A stretch of DNA of 64,000 bases from a virus, in IMG/VR virus record IMGVR_UViG_3300021130_000224, positions 1 to 64,000 of that record, one strand, 5' to 3'. Positions within the stretch are counted from its first letter, which is position 1. Every line of letters starts with the position of its first letter. The notes beneath the pieces are model-generated. The model was given only the letters and a program-made list of their open reading frames with translations, did no database searches and had not been told where the DNA came from. The translations under genes were made by a program, and so were the position numbers. Shown here piece by piece: positions 7,722-15,373 of this stretch.

Positions 7722-8106
7722 TGGAGGTATTCGGCACTGCCCCGAAGTCTTTCCTGTGTTCCTGAAGTAGTTACGACCATGACTGAAGATTATCGTCTAC
7801 TGTCTTTAGACTATCTACTTTTTTAAGCTAAGTACATCTTCGTTGCTTATGGTATATAGACACCAACTTTACGGAGCCTAATTTAAAGTAAGGCATCTTT
7901 GTCTTTCTAACCTCAGACAGGTTTGTAATGTGATTAGGCAGCAATAGCTACTTCACCAAAGATTTCTGCAAGCAGAGAATCAACATTACCATCGAAAGAA
8001 ACTGTAGTTTCTGCGTTTATTGTTACCATATTTGCTTTGGACTCACTGGCATTGTCTGTTTCGCCACTTTTACTAACTACATGAAATCAATAACTGTTTT
8101 ACCCCC
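7722..8106 (-). ncRNA. ssrA: tmRNA, tag peptide AETTVSFDGNVDSLLAEIFGEVAIAA* (8014-7934)
   Basis: 5' GGGGGTA pairs with 3' TACCTCC-A including G3.U70; T-arm TTCGG-GGCAGTG-CCGAA; resume context ATAAAC-GCA; tag ends AIAA-TAA. Confidence 0.93.
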
Positions 8107-8123
8107 ATATTTTAAAGAACTAA

Positions 8124-8153
8124 GGAATCTGGTTAGCTTCCTAACCAGACTCC
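8124..8153 (-). terminator. 13-bp hairpin between the RS/WS ORF and tmRNA (terminator, attenuator or processing stem)
   Basis: GGAGTCTGGTTAG-GAAG-CTAACCAGATTCC followed by TTAGTTCTTT. Confidence 0.6.
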
Positions 8154-8179
8154 AAAGGTAATATTATTTGGTTAATTAG

Positions 8180-8359
8180 TTAACCTGACTCTGACCATGA
8201 CCATGACCTTGACCTTGACCTTGACCTTGACCATGACCATGCCCCTGACTCTGACCATGCCCCTGACCATGACCATGCGCTTGACCATGACCATGCCCCT
8301 GACCTTGACCTTGACCTTGACCTTGACCTATTTAGTTTTTTTAAATGAGATGTTATCAT
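8180..8359 (-). CDS. 59-aa RS/WS dipeptide-repeat protein (not in the ORF track)
   Basis: [59 protein letters not shown]; ATG 2 nt after the upstream stop; hexamer repeat (A/T/G)GG-TCA. Confidence 0.8.
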   Translation of the reverse strand: MITSHLKKLNRSRSRSRSRSGAWSWSSAWSWSGAWSESGAWSWSRSRSRSRSWSWSESG

Positions 8360-8361
8360 AA

Positions 8362-8646
8362 TTACAAAGTTGTCTTAAATGATTTACCAAATGATTCTAT
8401 TGCAGATAACTGTACATACCACTCATCAGATAATTTTTGAGCATCTTTAAATTTACTATCTGAAAAAGTTCCTGTTTCAAATACCTGATAAACTTTTTCA
8501 AGTTTTATACAAGTTGTATTTACTCCTACTAATTTACCATAGTAAAAGTAATTAAAACAAAAAATCAGTACTTCTTCACCTATAAGTGAGACAAACCCTT
8601 CATTAGGAACTTCTACTAATTTTGCAGTAACTGGTTGTTGTAACAT
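8362..8646 (-). CDS. small beta-barrel protein, predicted Sm/LSm/Hfq-like fold
   Basis: SLIGEEVLIF..NYFYYGKLVGVN..CIKLE resembles Sm1; WYVQLSAIESF resembles Sm2. Confidence 0.65.
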   Translation of the reverse strand: MLQQPVTAKLVEVPNEGFVSLIGEEVLIFCFNYFYYGKLVGVNTTCIKLEKVYQVFETGTFSDSKFKDAQKLSDEWYVQLSAIESFGKSFKTTL

Positions 8647-8682
8647 TGTTTGTAGTTTTAAGATTAAAAATTAAAAGTAATA

Positions 8683-8946
8683 TTATTTAGCTAACTTCTC
8701 AGCATGTTCATACTGTAACCAGGTCTTTCTCCTACTATCAGGATACTTCCACTGTTGGTATTCAGTTTCATTGTAACAGTAGCCAGCAGCACCAAATTCA
8801 GGATTGTGCACTATACATATCAGGTTAGGTATAAACTCATCACCTGATACCCGGGTGGCACCATCTGCAATGAGTGATCTGATTTTTTCTTCTGCTGTAA
8901 GACCTATAGATAATCCTTTACTATCTTCGTTAATGTACTTTCCCAT
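8683..8946 (-). CDS. hypothetical protein
   Basis: 87-aa ORF. Confidence 0.8.
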   Translation of the reverse strand: MGKYINEDSKGLSIGLTAEEKIRSLIADGATRVSGDEFIPNLICIVHNPEFGAAGYCYNETEYQQWKYPDSRRKTWLQYEHAEKLAK

Positions 8947-8972
8947 TTTTAGTTTTGTTGTGAGTTAAAAAT

Positions 8973-9001
8973 AGAAAGCCGATAACTTGTACCGGCTTTC
9001 T
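8973..9001 (-). terminator. intrinsic terminator
   Basis: AGAAAGCCG...CGGCTTTCT then ATTTTT on minus strand. Confidence 0.7.
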
Positions 9002-9010
9002 GTTAAATTA

Positions 9011-9394
9011 TTACTCTGCTGTTGTAAGTTCTTGCCAATTGGGAAAATAGCAATTTCTGTAGGATTTCAAACGAGCCAAACCTTTCTCATAACCTTCAAT
9101 CTTTGTATCATGTGCAGCTAGGCTTGCCCAGTTCACATTTGATGTCTGCAGGGAATTTTCACGGCTCCTGATTGCATTTTGATGATCTCTGGTTGTAGCA
9201 GAGATATCTGCCATCAGGTTACGCAGGTTATCCTCAACCTCGTACTGCAGTTCCCTCTCTTCTCGATCCTTGAGTGATTCTTTCCTGATCTCCAGGTAAG
9301 TAGGCACTGCTACCTTTTTGTTGTTTGCTGCTGCTGATGATGCATTCTGTGATGCTGCTGACTGTGCTCCCTGAGCTGATGTTCTGTTTCTCAT
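9011..9394 (-). CDS. hypothetical coiled-coil protein
   Basis: 127-aa ORF; overlaps the 3' tail of the upstream ORF by about 160 nt. Confidence 0.75.
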   Translation of the reverse strand: MRNRTSAQGAQSAASQNASSAAANNKKVAVPTYLEIRKESLKDREERELQYEVEDNLRNLMADISATTRDHQNAIRSRENSLQTSNVNWASLAAHDTKIEGYEKGLARLKSYRNCYFPNWQELTTAE

Positions 9395-10382
9395 TTGTTT
9401 GAGTTTTTGATTGTTGATTAATTGGTGAAAAATTGTTTGATTGATTGTAAGTTGGGTAATTCTTTTTAGGACCTAAGTATACATGGATAGTTCCTGATAT
9501 ATAGGCATAGCCGTTTTCATCTACAGATTCTACTTCTCGGTCACCATAAAAATCTACTAAAGTATCATAAGATTCTTTTTTGGGACCAGTATAAAAAGTA
9601 GTAAATGAATTAAGCCATTTTTCAGGTAGTACATCTCCTACTTTCCACTGATCTTCTACAGGTGTTGTTTGTTGTTTACCTTGAGCAAGTGATATCTCTT
9701 CGGGAGTAGCTGGTCGTATGCAATCAAAAATAAAAAATAATTCTTGTTGATTACAATTTGCTTGTAGTTTGGCCCCATAACCAAGAACAGTACATACTTT
9801 TACTACATCACCTTCAATAATAGACTCATACTTAGCGGGATTACTAACTATATAAACATAATCACCTTCTTTGAAGACTACCTTTTCTGGTTCTTTTTTA
9901 AAACTTGCAAGAGTCTTCCATTCTTCAAATGTAAAAATAGGATATTCTGTTTCAGGTTCTTCTTTTTCAGAATCATGATACTCATTACCATCAAAGAAAT
10001 AGTATTTATCTGATCCACCTATACGGCAATCATCAAAATGTCTATTTATAGCATATGCAAACTCTCTTGTTTTTCTATCATTTTCTGAATCAAAACCGGG
10101 ATTAATAACCCAATGCTTCTCAGGTAATTCTACAAATTCATATGTAGCATTAAGATGAATACGCCATATCTCACCGTATTCTTCTTCTACATTAAAACCT
10201 GAATCAGAATCAAGTAAACCGGAACAAGCTTTTTTGGATGTTACTGTAACTATTATTGGTTCTTTGTGTGAGCCATAACCAAGTATACCAGAGCAACCAT
10301 CAATACCATTTGAACCTTTACCTGAATCAATCAGTTTGATCTTTGTTCCTTCAGGTAAATAACTACCTTTATTGTGCAACAT
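9234..10382 (-). CDS. multi-domain hypothetical protein (SH3/KOW-like modules)
   Basis: 382 aa; FKEGDYVYI..IRPATPEEI and WKVGDVL modules. Confidence 0.75.
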   Translation of the reverse strand: MLHNKGSYLPEGTKIKLIDSGKGSNGIDGCSGILGYGSHKEPIIVTVTSKKACSGLLDSDSGFNVEEEYGEIWRIHLNATYEFVELPEKHWVINPGFDSENDRKTREFAYAINRHFDDCRIGGSDKYYFFDGNEYHDSEKEEPETEYPIFTFEEWKTLASFKKEPEKVVFKEGDYVYIVSNPAKYESIIEGDVVKVCTVLGYGAKLQANCNQQELFFIFDCIRPATPEEISLAQGKQQTTPVEDQWKVGDVLPEKWLNSFTTFYTGPKKESYDTLVDFYGDREVESVDENGYAYISGTIHVYLGPKKNYPTYNQSNNFSPINQQSKTQTNEKQNISSGSTVSSITECIISSSKQQKGSSAYLPGDQERITQGSRREGTAVRG

Positions 10383-10407
10383 AGCATTTTGTTTTATTGG
10401 TTAAAAA

Positions 10408-10626
10408 TTACTTTTTCAGAAACTCTACCTCATCAGGATTACCTGTAAGCTTTTTGTAAATTAACTGTGCTTTAGCTGCAGATATTGCAGTACTGAACGC
10501 TTTGATGGAAAGATCACATACCTTGAGGTCCTTAGATTCTTCCCACTGTTTGTTAAGTGTATCACCAACATCAGTCATTTTTTCAATGACATCACTTACT
10601 GTTATTTTCTTTTTGCTTTTTTGCAT
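10408..10626 (-). CDS. small helical protein paired with the upstream Zn-finger gene
   Basis: 72-aa ORF. Confidence 0.75.
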   Translation of the reverse strand: MQKSKKKITVSDVIEKMTDVGDTLNKQWEESKDLKVCDLSIKAFSTAISAAKAQLIYKKLTGNPDEVEFLKK

Positions 10627-11221
10627 CTCGTTTGAGTTTTAATTGTTTACGTTGAAGTTCTACAAGTTCTTGAGGAATATCGGAATGTTTAAGATTTGTA
10701 TCTAAAACAAGTGTTGATTTTATATAAATATCAGTAAGATTTTCACGTCTTTGTTTTGCAACTTCTCTAAAATATTCTCTTGTTTTAGCACTTCTGATAG
10801 GATCATTTTTCTTTCTGGCTCTATATTTTCTTCCATCAAGAACCATTTTTCCATTTTCCTTATATTTTAAATAGTATTTTTTTTCTTGTTCTTTTACTTT
10901 ATCAAGATTATTAATTCTCCATCTTTTTCTCTGTTCTGCTTTTGTAAGACCACAACATACCTTTTTTTTATATTCAGCAAGTGGAATTACTCCTTTTTCT
11001 CTATTACGTTTTATAATATATTCCAATACACGTTTTCTATGATTAAAATCTTCGTTGTATCTTTTAACATTTCTAATACGACAAGATTCTCTATCACAGT
11101 CAATACAAGTACCTCTTCTTTGTTTGATTTCTGAGTTTTTGTATTTTGTATGTATTCTATATTGCTCAATATCTTTTTCTTCACCACATTTTTTACAAAC
11201 TCTTGTTATAGATGGTACCAT
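10592..11221 (-). CDS. basic Zn-finger protein (homing-endonuclease-like N-terminus, no HNH core seen)
   Basis: CKKC...CIDC, Lys/Arg-rich helices, C-terminal LTDIYIK...IPQELVELQR; likely start at 11221. Confidence 0.7.
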   Translation of the reverse strand: MVPSITRVCKKCGEEKDIEQYRIHTKYKNSEIKQRRGTCIDCDRESCRIRNVKRYNEDFNHRKRVLEYIIKRNREKGVIPLAEYKKKVCCGLTKAEQRKRWRINNLDKVKEQEKKYYLKYKENGKMVLDGRKYRARKKNDPIRSAKTREYFREVAKQRRENLTDIYIKSTLVLDTNLKHSDIPQELVELQRKQLKLKRDAKKQKENNSK

Positions 11222-11456
11222 AAAGTAATGATTTATAAATTGCTGTAAATAATTCATGATCCCATTCATTCATATGATTGAGTTCATACTTATTACTATT
11301 AATAGCATTCTGGTTATATGGTCTGTAACAGTAACCATCTATCATAAAGGTCATTGCTAACCCTCTACACCATTCTGATAGTTCAGGCATTACTTTTATG
11401 TCAAAAGTCAATATTGGTCTTGTAATGCCATCAAAGTATAAATACAGTTTTTCCAT
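11193..11456 (-). CDS. hypothetical protein
   Basis: 87-aa ORF. Confidence 0.65.
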   Translation of the reverse strand: MEKLYLYFDGITRPILTFDIKVMPELSEWCRGLAMTFMIDGYCYRPYNQNAINSNKYELNHMNEWDHELFTAIYKSLLYGTIYNKSL

Positions 11457-11482
11457 TTATGTTAATGTTACTTGTTAAAAAT

Positions 11483-11507
11483 AGTAGCCGGTTATTTACC
11501 GGCTACT
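11483..11507 (-). terminator. intrinsic terminator
   Basis: AGTAGCCGGT-AAATA-ACCGGCTACT then ATTTTT. Confidence 0.7.
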
Positions 11508-11704
11508 TTATTTGTATCAAAAAGACCAAAATACATTGCATTGATTAGGAATACACCTACCGTCATGAAGCTGCAGAATCCCCATAACCACAGTTTATCT
11601 GGATGTGCATTAGGATCTTGGCATACAAAATATCCTGCTATATCAAGCATTATTACCAAGAGCAGTAAGAACAGAATAAAGCAATTTGCGAGTTTAGTTT
11701 TCAT
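11492..11704 (-). CDS. two-TM membrane protein (start MKTKLANCF)
   Basis: two hydrophobic segments; ATGA overlap with the 52-aa upstream ORF. Confidence 0.7.
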   Translation of the reverse strand: MKTKLANCFILFLLLLVIMLDIAGYFVCQDPNAHPDKLWLWGFCSFMTVGVFLINAMYFGLFDTNKVAGK

Positions 11705-11859
11705 ATCAATTCCAACTCCTCCTCCTCTACAGGTGTTACAGTTGCAATAATAACAGAAGGATAGTACATATCCAGTTCCTGCCATGTGCCGGTGAACTCT
11801 TTCAGTAGAGAGTTCTTGCTTTTGGTTGTTTTGAACTGAAATTTGAAGATCTGATTCAT
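11701..11859 (-). CDS. 52-aa hypothetical protein (not in the ORF track)
   Basis: MNQIFKFQFKTTKSKNSLLKEFTGTWQELDMYYPSVIIATVTPVEEEELELI*; A-rich leader. Confidence 0.65.
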   Translation of the reverse strand: MNQIFKFQFKTTKSKNSLLKEFTGTWQELDMYYPSVIIATVTPVEEEELELI

Positions 11860-11887
11860 TTTGTTTTAGATTTTAAAAGTTAAACAA

Positions 11888-12034
11888 TTAAAGTTTAAAA
11901 GAAATATCTGTTTCTTCCATCATATCCCAATTAGGTACATCTGTAGTTAACTGGAAACATTCTTGTTTAAGTTGCTCAAGTTCTTTTTTCTGTTTGAGCA
12001 GATCTTGGATTTCTTGATTCAATTCTATCCACAT
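11888..12034 (-). CDS. small acidic coiled-coil protein (likely start MWIEL)
   Basis: ORF track 11888..12076, internal ATG after an A-rich leader. Confidence 0.5.
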   Translation of the reverse strand: MWIELNQEIQDLLKQKKELEQLKQECFQLTTDVPNWDMMEETDISFKL

Positions 12035-12079
12035 AGTTGTTAAGTTTTTAACATTTAAGAAAATAAAGTATAACAATAG

Positions 12080-12265
12080 TTACAATGGTCCAAGGTTAAC
12101 AAGATAAAATAATGACCACAAGGCAACAAGAAGAAGAGAAAGGAAGCCAGCTATGATGTAGTTAGATTCTTTCTTATCAATGATAGATTTTATAACCTGC
12201 TCAAGATAAGTAATAGAAACACCTATAGAAAGTGCAAAGAGAACAAATTGTAATAACTTTTGCAT
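12080..12265 (-). CDS. small two-TM membrane protein
   Basis: two hydrophobic helices. Confidence 0.7.
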   Translation of the reverse strand: MQKLLQFVLFALSIGVSITYLEQVIKSIIDKKESNYIIAGFLSLLLVALWSLFYLVNLGPL

Positions 12266-12503
12266 AAAGAAAAGAAAGTTGGCGGTTTTACCCTGTGAGA
12301 AAATGAAATTGTGAAAATATGAAAAGAATTACCGGTTTTTACCCTGACACAGGCGAGACGATCTCCAACGATGGCATCTCAGATACTCCTGTATCAGGGT
12401 AATGGCATGACTTACCGAATAAATCAGGATTTACATGCAACCCGGCAATGCTAAAATACAATTATTGCCAATAGTTACTACTACTACATCAAGGTAACAT
12501 CAA

Positions 12504-12800
12504 TTAACCCATATCAACAGAATAAGAAACCCTATAGATAGGATCAACAAAAAGACAGGAAGAACCCGACAAATTCTTGTATATCCTTCTAAAGCAATAA
12601 TGGCCAGGAACGTCAATACCCGAATTAAGCCACCCAAGATGCCTAACATCCTGCTGATCCATATGATACAAGGCCTCCATATAGGAACCATAACGATCAT
12701 TGATATCAACAAGATGAACAGAAAGAACAGAAGGATTAGAAGAATGACCATCAGAGGTAGATGGAAGAACCGGTAAAGCAGTACTACATTGCTGATTCAT
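12504..12800 (-). CDS. hypothetical protein
   Basis: 98 aa with strong T bias at the third codon position. Confidence 0.45.
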   Translation of the reverse strand: MNQQCSTALPVLPSTSDGHSSNPSVLSVHLVDINDRYGSYMEALYHMDQQDVRHLGWLNSGIDVPGHYCFRRIYKNLSGSSCLFVDPIYRVSYSVDMG

Positions 12801-12959
12801 AACGGACTATAAGAGAGTGATTAAATGTGATGAAATAAAGGTAATCAATGGACAAGTTCACAGGTCCAAAAACAAGAAAAATACCAAAATAGTCAAAAAG
12901 ACATAAAAGCCTTGTATATAGTCACCCTACATACCTTTCTCACACCAATGTTCCACGTA

Positions 12960-13283
12960 TCACATTTTGTTAATGCGGTGCAAATTAAGATGACATGTTC
13001 TACATAACCATTTGACTTCCAATGGTTTAGTATAATCAGAGTGGTGTGCTTCTGTTTTATTATTACTACATAGTTCACAAGGCTGAGGTATTAGTTTACC
13101 TCTCTTTATGTACACTTTAGTATACGCCCTACAGTTAGCTTTTAACCTTTGTTCCGGTGTTAATTCACTGTGTTTGGGCCTATTCTCCCTCATATTAGAA
13201 GCATGACAAGATCTACAGTATCTGTATTTACCTACTCTATTGTCTTCTAATGGCTTACTACATTTACTACAAGTTGCTTTCAT
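12960..13283 (-). CDS. HNH (His-Me) homing endonuclease
   Basis: CSKC..CRSC; GKLIPQPCELC...EAHHSDYTKPLEVKWLCRTCH; ATG at 13283 after a -7 box. Confidence 0.85.
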   Translation of the reverse strand: MKATCSKCSKPLEDNRVGKYRYCRSCHASNMRENRPKHSELTPEQRLKANCRAYTKVYIKRGKLIPQPCELCSNNKTEAHHSDYTKPLEVKWLCRTCHLNLHRINKM

Positions 13284-13287
13284 GTAG

Positions 13288-13319
13288 CAAAGATACACAT
13301 ATTGTTCCACATAAACAAG
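13288..13319 (-). promoter_or_regulatory. Bacteroidota sigma-A promoter (leaderless)
   Basis: minus strand CTTG-N20-TATCTTTG-CTAC-ATG. Confidence 0.7.
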
Positions 13320-13528
13320 TGGAACAATAGTTATTTTGCATTTCAATGCAGTTATGTATAACAACTATTTGCTATCTGTTGAAAGAAAATCTAACTCAGA
13401 CGTAAAAAGTTGTTTCCACATAGGGTCAAAAACAATACTTTTCAATACATAACGATAAACCACTATGTATAACTGCATTGAAAACACAAACAAATAACCA
13501 ATGAGCTACAGATGTAACCCATTGATTA

Positions 13529-13720
13529 TCAGTGTTTAATGTATGAGCAAGATGACTCAAGCATAGCCTCATGTAGACCAATGTAATAATCCTTAATATA
13601 TTCACGTAACACATTACGTAAATCTACAAGATCATTCCAATGGTCACTTCCTTTCTTCAAAGTATACATCTTTTCACTGAGAGAATGTACCTGTGCTTCT
13701 AATGTTTCAATGTTTTCCAT
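13529..13720 (-). CDS. hypothetical protein
   Basis: 63-aa ORF. Confidence 0.65.
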   Translation of the reverse strand: MENIETLEAQVHSLSEKMYTLKKGSDHWNDLVDLRNVLREYIKDYYIGLHEAMLESSCSYIKH

Positions 13721-13881
13721 TTCATCTGTTTAGATTGTTTAAGAATATTGTTTACTGCTACCTATTAAGGTTTCGAGCCTTACATTGTTCCACTATTATA
13801 GGTAGACACCTTGAGAGAAGGAGAATAGGGTATCAGACATTGCATTTGCTTTTAGAGAGACTTTCCAAAGAGAATAAAGGA

Positions 13882-13899
13882 AGGGGGCGTTAGCCCCCT
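13882..13899 (-). terminator. intrinsic terminator
   Basis: AGGGGG-CTAACG-CCCCCT then TCCTTTATT. Confidence 0.7.
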
Positions 13900-13904
13900 A
13901 CCTA

Positions 13905-14204
13905 TTAAACCCCCAACAGTGCCATCATCTTCTGTTCTGCTGCAGCACGCATGTCTTCGATAGTCATTATGTTGTCGATTGCATCGAGGCTGACAGTGCC
14001 GAAGCTTGTTTCCTTAATGGTAATCATCTGACGACCATTAGGTGCAAACCATTCTTCCTTGGCTGCATTAGGATTCTTCAGTAGCTTCTCTGCTTCTGCA
14101 CGAGACTTGCAGCCACGAAATAAGTAAGTAACGTCCGATGTACGGAGCTTCATGTTACCATTGTCACTAAGTGACCATTCACCAAAAATTGTGTCGTTTG
14201 CCAT
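13905..14204 (-). CDS. hypothetical protein, first gene of the leftward arm
   Basis: 99 aa, own terminator. Confidence 0.8.
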   Translation of the reverse strand: MANDTIFGEWSLSDNGNMKLRTSDVTYLFRGCKSRAEAEKLLKNPNAAKEEWFAPNGRQMITIKETSFGTVSLDAIDNIMTIEDMRAAAEQKMMALLGV

Positions 14205-14239
14205 TTTTCTATGTTTTTAAGGCGTTAAACAATATAGCA

Positions 14240-14420
14240 TGTACTGGGGATATCCCGACTGCCAAATGAGTGACCGGGTTGGTTAGATAGACTGGTTAAC
14301 CTACTGACACACTTATCAAATACCGGGGGTTAAATTATTAGGGTCATATAGGGGGGATATTTATATGTGGATACCTATAGGGGGAGTGTTTACCTTGATG
14401 AGTAAATAGGGGCAAAAAAT
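14240..14420. other. strand-switch spacer rich in G tracts
   Basis: several G4-G6 runs, TAGGGG three times, between divergent gene blocks. Confidence 0.6.
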
Positions 14421-14451
14421 TTTGAACTAAGATAAAAAGTAATTACTTTTG
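14421..14451 (+). promoter_or_regulatory. Bacteroidota sigma-A promoter
   Basis: TTTG-N19-TACTTTTG, perfect consensus. Confidence 0.8.
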
Positions 14452-14475
14452 TTAGGAAAACCTAACTACATAGCA

Positions 14476-14790
14476 ATGTCTACATTTTATATTTTGATAA
14501 AGTTTGGAGTTATAATTAGTCCAATTTTGTTTCTTGTTTTCATTGCTAAAGTTAATTATCTTATACATGTAACCAATAAAAATCACAATAGCATTATGGC
14601 ACAGTTAACTGATTTTCAGCAATTGGCAAGTGAGATCAACACTGCTACACAAAACATTTCTGCATATGTACAAGGTACAGGTATGAGTGCTGCAGAACAA
14701 GATGAAGCTCTTGTTACTATTAAAAATGCAGTAGCAGGTCTTACTGCAGCTATCCCTCACGCTGCTCCTGGTACTGAGCAACAAGGGTAA
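14476..14790 (+). CDS. Ala-rich helical protein, with an N-terminal TM if started at 14476 (alternative start 14596)
   Basis: MSTFYILIKFGVIISPILFLVFIA then MAQLTDFQQL... Confidence 0.65.
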   Translation: MSTFYILIKFGVIISPILFLVFIAKVNYLIHVTNKNHNSIMAQLTDFQQLASEINTATQNISAYVQGTGMSAAEQDEALVTIKNAVAGLTAAIPHAAPGTEQQG

Positions 14791-14811
14791 GAAAAAAAAA
14801 CATTGATCAAT

Positions 14812-14843
14812 AAAAGGGTGTCACTAATAACGGCACCCTTTTT
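14812..14843. terminator. bidirectional intrinsic terminator
   Basis: AAAAGGGTGTC...GGCACCCTTTTT. Confidence 0.7.
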
Positions 14844-14854
14844 AAATATAATCT

Positions 14855-15289
14855 ATGCAAAAAAATTATAATCCTAATCCAGTAGTTTATGCTACTTGGT
14901 ATAGCACCTTGAGGCAGATAGCAATAAAACATGGATATGCTGCTTGCCTTCATGGGAGCCTTCTCAATGACATGGATATTGTTTTGATACCATGGGTAAG
15001 TAGTGCAGGTAATCCCCTTAACATGCTCCTTGAGATGAAAGAAGCTACCAACGCAAAGCTCATCTACTTTCATCCTATTAAGGTAGCAACAGAAATGGGA
15101 TACGCACCAGTAGTATATCCTGATTCTTTAGATACACCAAAAGAGTTTACACCCCATGGCCGGGAATCCTGGGCCCTACAGATCAATGATACTGCATATA
15201 TTGATATCTCTATAACACCAAGACTATCTCCTCCCTGTGCAGAAATAGAATGGAAAGAAATAGAACAATACCCTGAAGCTATGTGCTAA
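14855..15289 (+). CDS. Pol-beta-superfamily nucleotidyltransferase-like protein
   Basis: LHGSLLNDMDIV (GS..DxD) and a third acidic residue in YIDISI. Confidence 0.65.
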   Translation: MQKNYNPNPVVYATWYSTLRQIAIKHGYAACLHGSLLNDMDIVLIPWVSSAGNPLNMLLEMKEATNAKLIYFHPIKVATEMGYAPVVYPDSLDTPKEFTPHGRESWALQINDTAYIDISITPRLSPPCAEIEWKEIEQYPEAMC

Positions 15290-15373
15290 CTAACTTTGTT
15301 AGAAAATATTTTAGAAATCCTAACCAAGTATGATAATTCTCACTACCTTTGTTAGAAATATAACAACTACATA

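Noticed and set aside
8183-8329. CRISPR array or non-coding microsatellite
   Set aside because: Unit length is 6 nt with no spacers, and the variation preserves an ATG-to-TAA frame.
12500-12751. 83-aa very hydrophobic ORF as a membrane protein
   Set aside because: Its hydrophobicity follows from the T-rich third positions of the overlapping 12504-12800 frame; not independently supported.
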